The position numbers and the translations under genes were made by a program. Below the pieces are notes generated by a model. It searched no databases. It was not told the origin of the DNA and saw nothing but the letters and a program-made list of their open reading frames with translations. 64,000 bases of DNA from contig JAHYJR010000002.1 in assembly GCA_019429005.1 (NCBI GenBank), forward strand, positions 40,752 through 104,751, read 5' to 3'. Source of the stretch: Nanobdellati archaeon. Lineage in GTDB: Archaea; EX4484-52; GLR71. This document shows positions 62,354-64,000 of this stretch, piece after piece (position 1 is the stretch's first letter; every line of letters begins with the position of its first letter).

Positions 62354-63319
62354 ATGAAAACGGGAGATATTACAATTGGAATATTTGGCGATGAAAGTTT
62401 AATCAAATCGCTTGGTAAAAAAGGAAATATAAACGATATTGCTTTATATAGTTTTGAACATACGTTCCCTGGCGGTTCAAAAGTTCACAGTTTTGTAAGC
62501 CCTAAATCAGAAAAAATAACACCACTTCTTCAAGCAATAGGTATGTCAGATATTTGCGTGATTTCAACTGAGACCTTAACAAAAGAACTTGGTGAAACAA
62601 TAATTGCAATCGATGCAGCTGCCATTAAACAAGGATTTATACTAACAAATTCTGATGAAATTAAAAATCAGATAACTCAAATTATTAAAGGTACAAATCT
62701 TGAAAAATATGAATTCCTTCCAAAAGATGCTGAAATACTAAAAGAAAAACTTTTTGAAATTGAAATTGAAAAAGATGAGAATGCCGATGTTTCAGTAACT
62801 ATCGATAACTCATTCTTGGTAAAAAGTGTAGGTACAGTAATACTTGGTTACGTTACAAATGGCACATTAAAAGAACATGATGAGCTTGTTGTCCAACCAT
62901 CAAATAAAGATGTAACTATAAAATCAATTCAATCACAAGATAAAAATGTAAAGATTGCGAATGCTGGAAAACGTGTTGGTTTATCACTCAAAGGCGCAAA
63001 AGTTGATGAATTAAGAAGAGGTTTTATCATAACTAAAAAAGATTCAATAAAAGAAGGAACTAAAATCGCTCTTGAATTAAAACGAAACAAATACTATAAA
63101 GGCGACATAAAAGAAGGTATGAAATTTTCACTTAATATTGGTCTACAAGTCATACAAGCAAAAATTATTTCAATTGAAACTGTTGATGAAACGAATTATA
63201 AACTATCAGTAGAAGCTGAAAAATCAATGGCATACAAAATTAATGGTAAATTCATATTTGCTGGTGATAATACAATCCCACGAATTGCAGGAAATGGTGT
63301 CATAATAGAAAACCTGTGA
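62354..63319 (+). CDS. Archaeal SelB-like / EF-Tu domain 2 protein with degenerate G domain
   Basis: LGKKGNINDI, LGETIIA, IDNSFLVKSVGTVILG, IKSIQ, ELRRGF; no GxxxxGKS/T, DxxG or NKxD. Confidence 0.85.
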   Translation: MKTGDITIGIFGDESLIKSLGKKGNINDIALYSFEHTFPGGSKVHSFVSPKSEKITPLLQAIGMSDICVISTETLTKELGETIIAIDAAAIKQGFILTNSDEIKNQITQIIKGTNLEKYEFLPKDAEILKEKLFEIEIEKDENADVSVTIDNSFLVKSVGTVILGYVTNGTLKEHDELVVQPSNKDVTIKSIQSQDKNVKIANAGKRVGLSLKGAKVDELRRGFIITKKDSIKEGTKIALELKRNKYYKGDIKEGMKFSLNIGLQVIQAKIISIETVDETNYKLSVEAEKSMAYKINGKFIFAGDNTIPRIAGNGVIIENL

Positions 63320-63325
63320 TTAAGA

Positions 63326-63856
63326 ATGGAAGTAAAAACAGCAATAAAAAATAATAGAAGTATCAGAAAATATAAAGATACAATTGTTTCAAAAGACCTT
63401 ATTAAGAACATCCTTGAATCAGGTAGATTGGCACCTTCAGCAAATAACAAACAACCTTGGAAATATATGATAATTAATGATTTAGAAACAAAAACAAAAC
63501 TTAAAGAAAACAAAATATTTAAACAAGAGTTCGTATACAAAGCACCAACATTAATTATCTGTTGTGCTAACAGTAAAGCAGATTCAACAAAAGGATTCAA
63601 CAAAATATTTGATAATCCGTATGATATGCGAGTAATATGTGATTTAGCAATATCTTCTCAAAATATAATTTTAAGAGCAAAAGAACTTGGACTTGGAACT
63701 TGTTATATAGGTTGGATGAATAGAACAAAAATAAAAAAGATATTAAATATTCCTAAAAAATATATTATACCCTTTATTATCACTTTGGGTTACCCTGATG
63801 AAGAACCAAATGCAAGACCTAGAAAAGAATTAAATGAAATTATAATAAAAAATTAA
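63326..63856 (+). CDS. Nitroreductase family protein
   Basis: RSIRKY, APSANNKQPW, ELGLGTCYIG, LGYP..RPRK. Confidence 0.93.
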   Translation: MEVKTAIKNNRSIRKYKDTIVSKDLIKNILESGRLAPSANNKQPWKYMIINDLETKTKLKENKIFKQEFVYKAPTLIICCANSKADSTKGFNKIFDNPYDMRVICDLAISSQNIILRAKELGLGTCYIGWMNRTKIKKILNIPKKYIIPFIITLGYPDEEPNARPRKELNEIIIKN

Positions 63857-63857
63857 A

Positions 63858-64000
63858 TATTAAAAAATATAATTATTAAAAAATATAATTATTAAAAAAT
63901 ATAATTATTAAAAAATATAATTATTAAAAAATATAATTATTAAAAAATATAATTATTAAAAAATATAATTATTAAAAAATATAATTATTAAAAAATATAA
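63858..64000. repeat. Perfect tandem array (TATTAAAAAATATAAT) x~9, running off the window end
   Basis: 16-bp unit beginning 1 bp after the nitroreductase stop. Confidence 0.97.

Noticed and set aside
62354-63319. True SelB / selenocysteine system
   Set aside because: No GTPase motifs, and no Sec tRNA, selD or in-frame TGA selenoprotein is visible.
679-63603. Numerous short antisense or nested ORFs in the track
   Set aside because: They are shadows of well-supported genes and carry no motifs.
23370-64000. Tandem arrays as CRISPR arrays
   Set aside because: Units are 9-16 bp, head-to-tail with no spacers, and no cas genes are present.
1-64000. Window as a Borg, virus or other mobile element
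   Set aside because: Dense core cellular genes on both strands; no capsid, terminase, integrase or transposase recognised.

Overview
Very AT-rich archaeal chromosomal segment, most consistent with a DPANN-type lineage (archaeal RpoE'/Spt4/S24e/S27ae, aRF1, Elp3, TrmB, GGTG(A) Shine-Dalgarno motifs; the lineage call is an inference). It carries housekeeping genes (valS, gltX, RNase J, aRF1, XPD, uvrB/uvrA/uvrC, HtpX, glucan phosphorylase, family II PPase) and a [NiFe]-hydrogenase locus. In that locus the Mrp-like membrane arm mbhA-I runs straight into hypC-hypD-hypE, with hypA, hypF and hycI nearby but no catalytic subunits or hypB in the window. Notable signals: (i) RNase J and aRF1 appear to initiate at ATT behind well-spaced SD motifs, and an intact isochorismatase ORF has no ATG/GTG/TTG start; (ii) many unrelated AT-rich tandem arrays, with in-frame versions inside HypF and S27ae; (iii) an intact but catalytically dead HAD-IIA protein; (iv) an Elp3 / SelB-like / nitroreductase operon; (v) many pseudogene relics with nonsense codons and internal deletions, suggesting ongoing genome erosion. 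I recognised no tRNA, rRNA, CRISPR array or transposase. All calls are by eye, without database searches.
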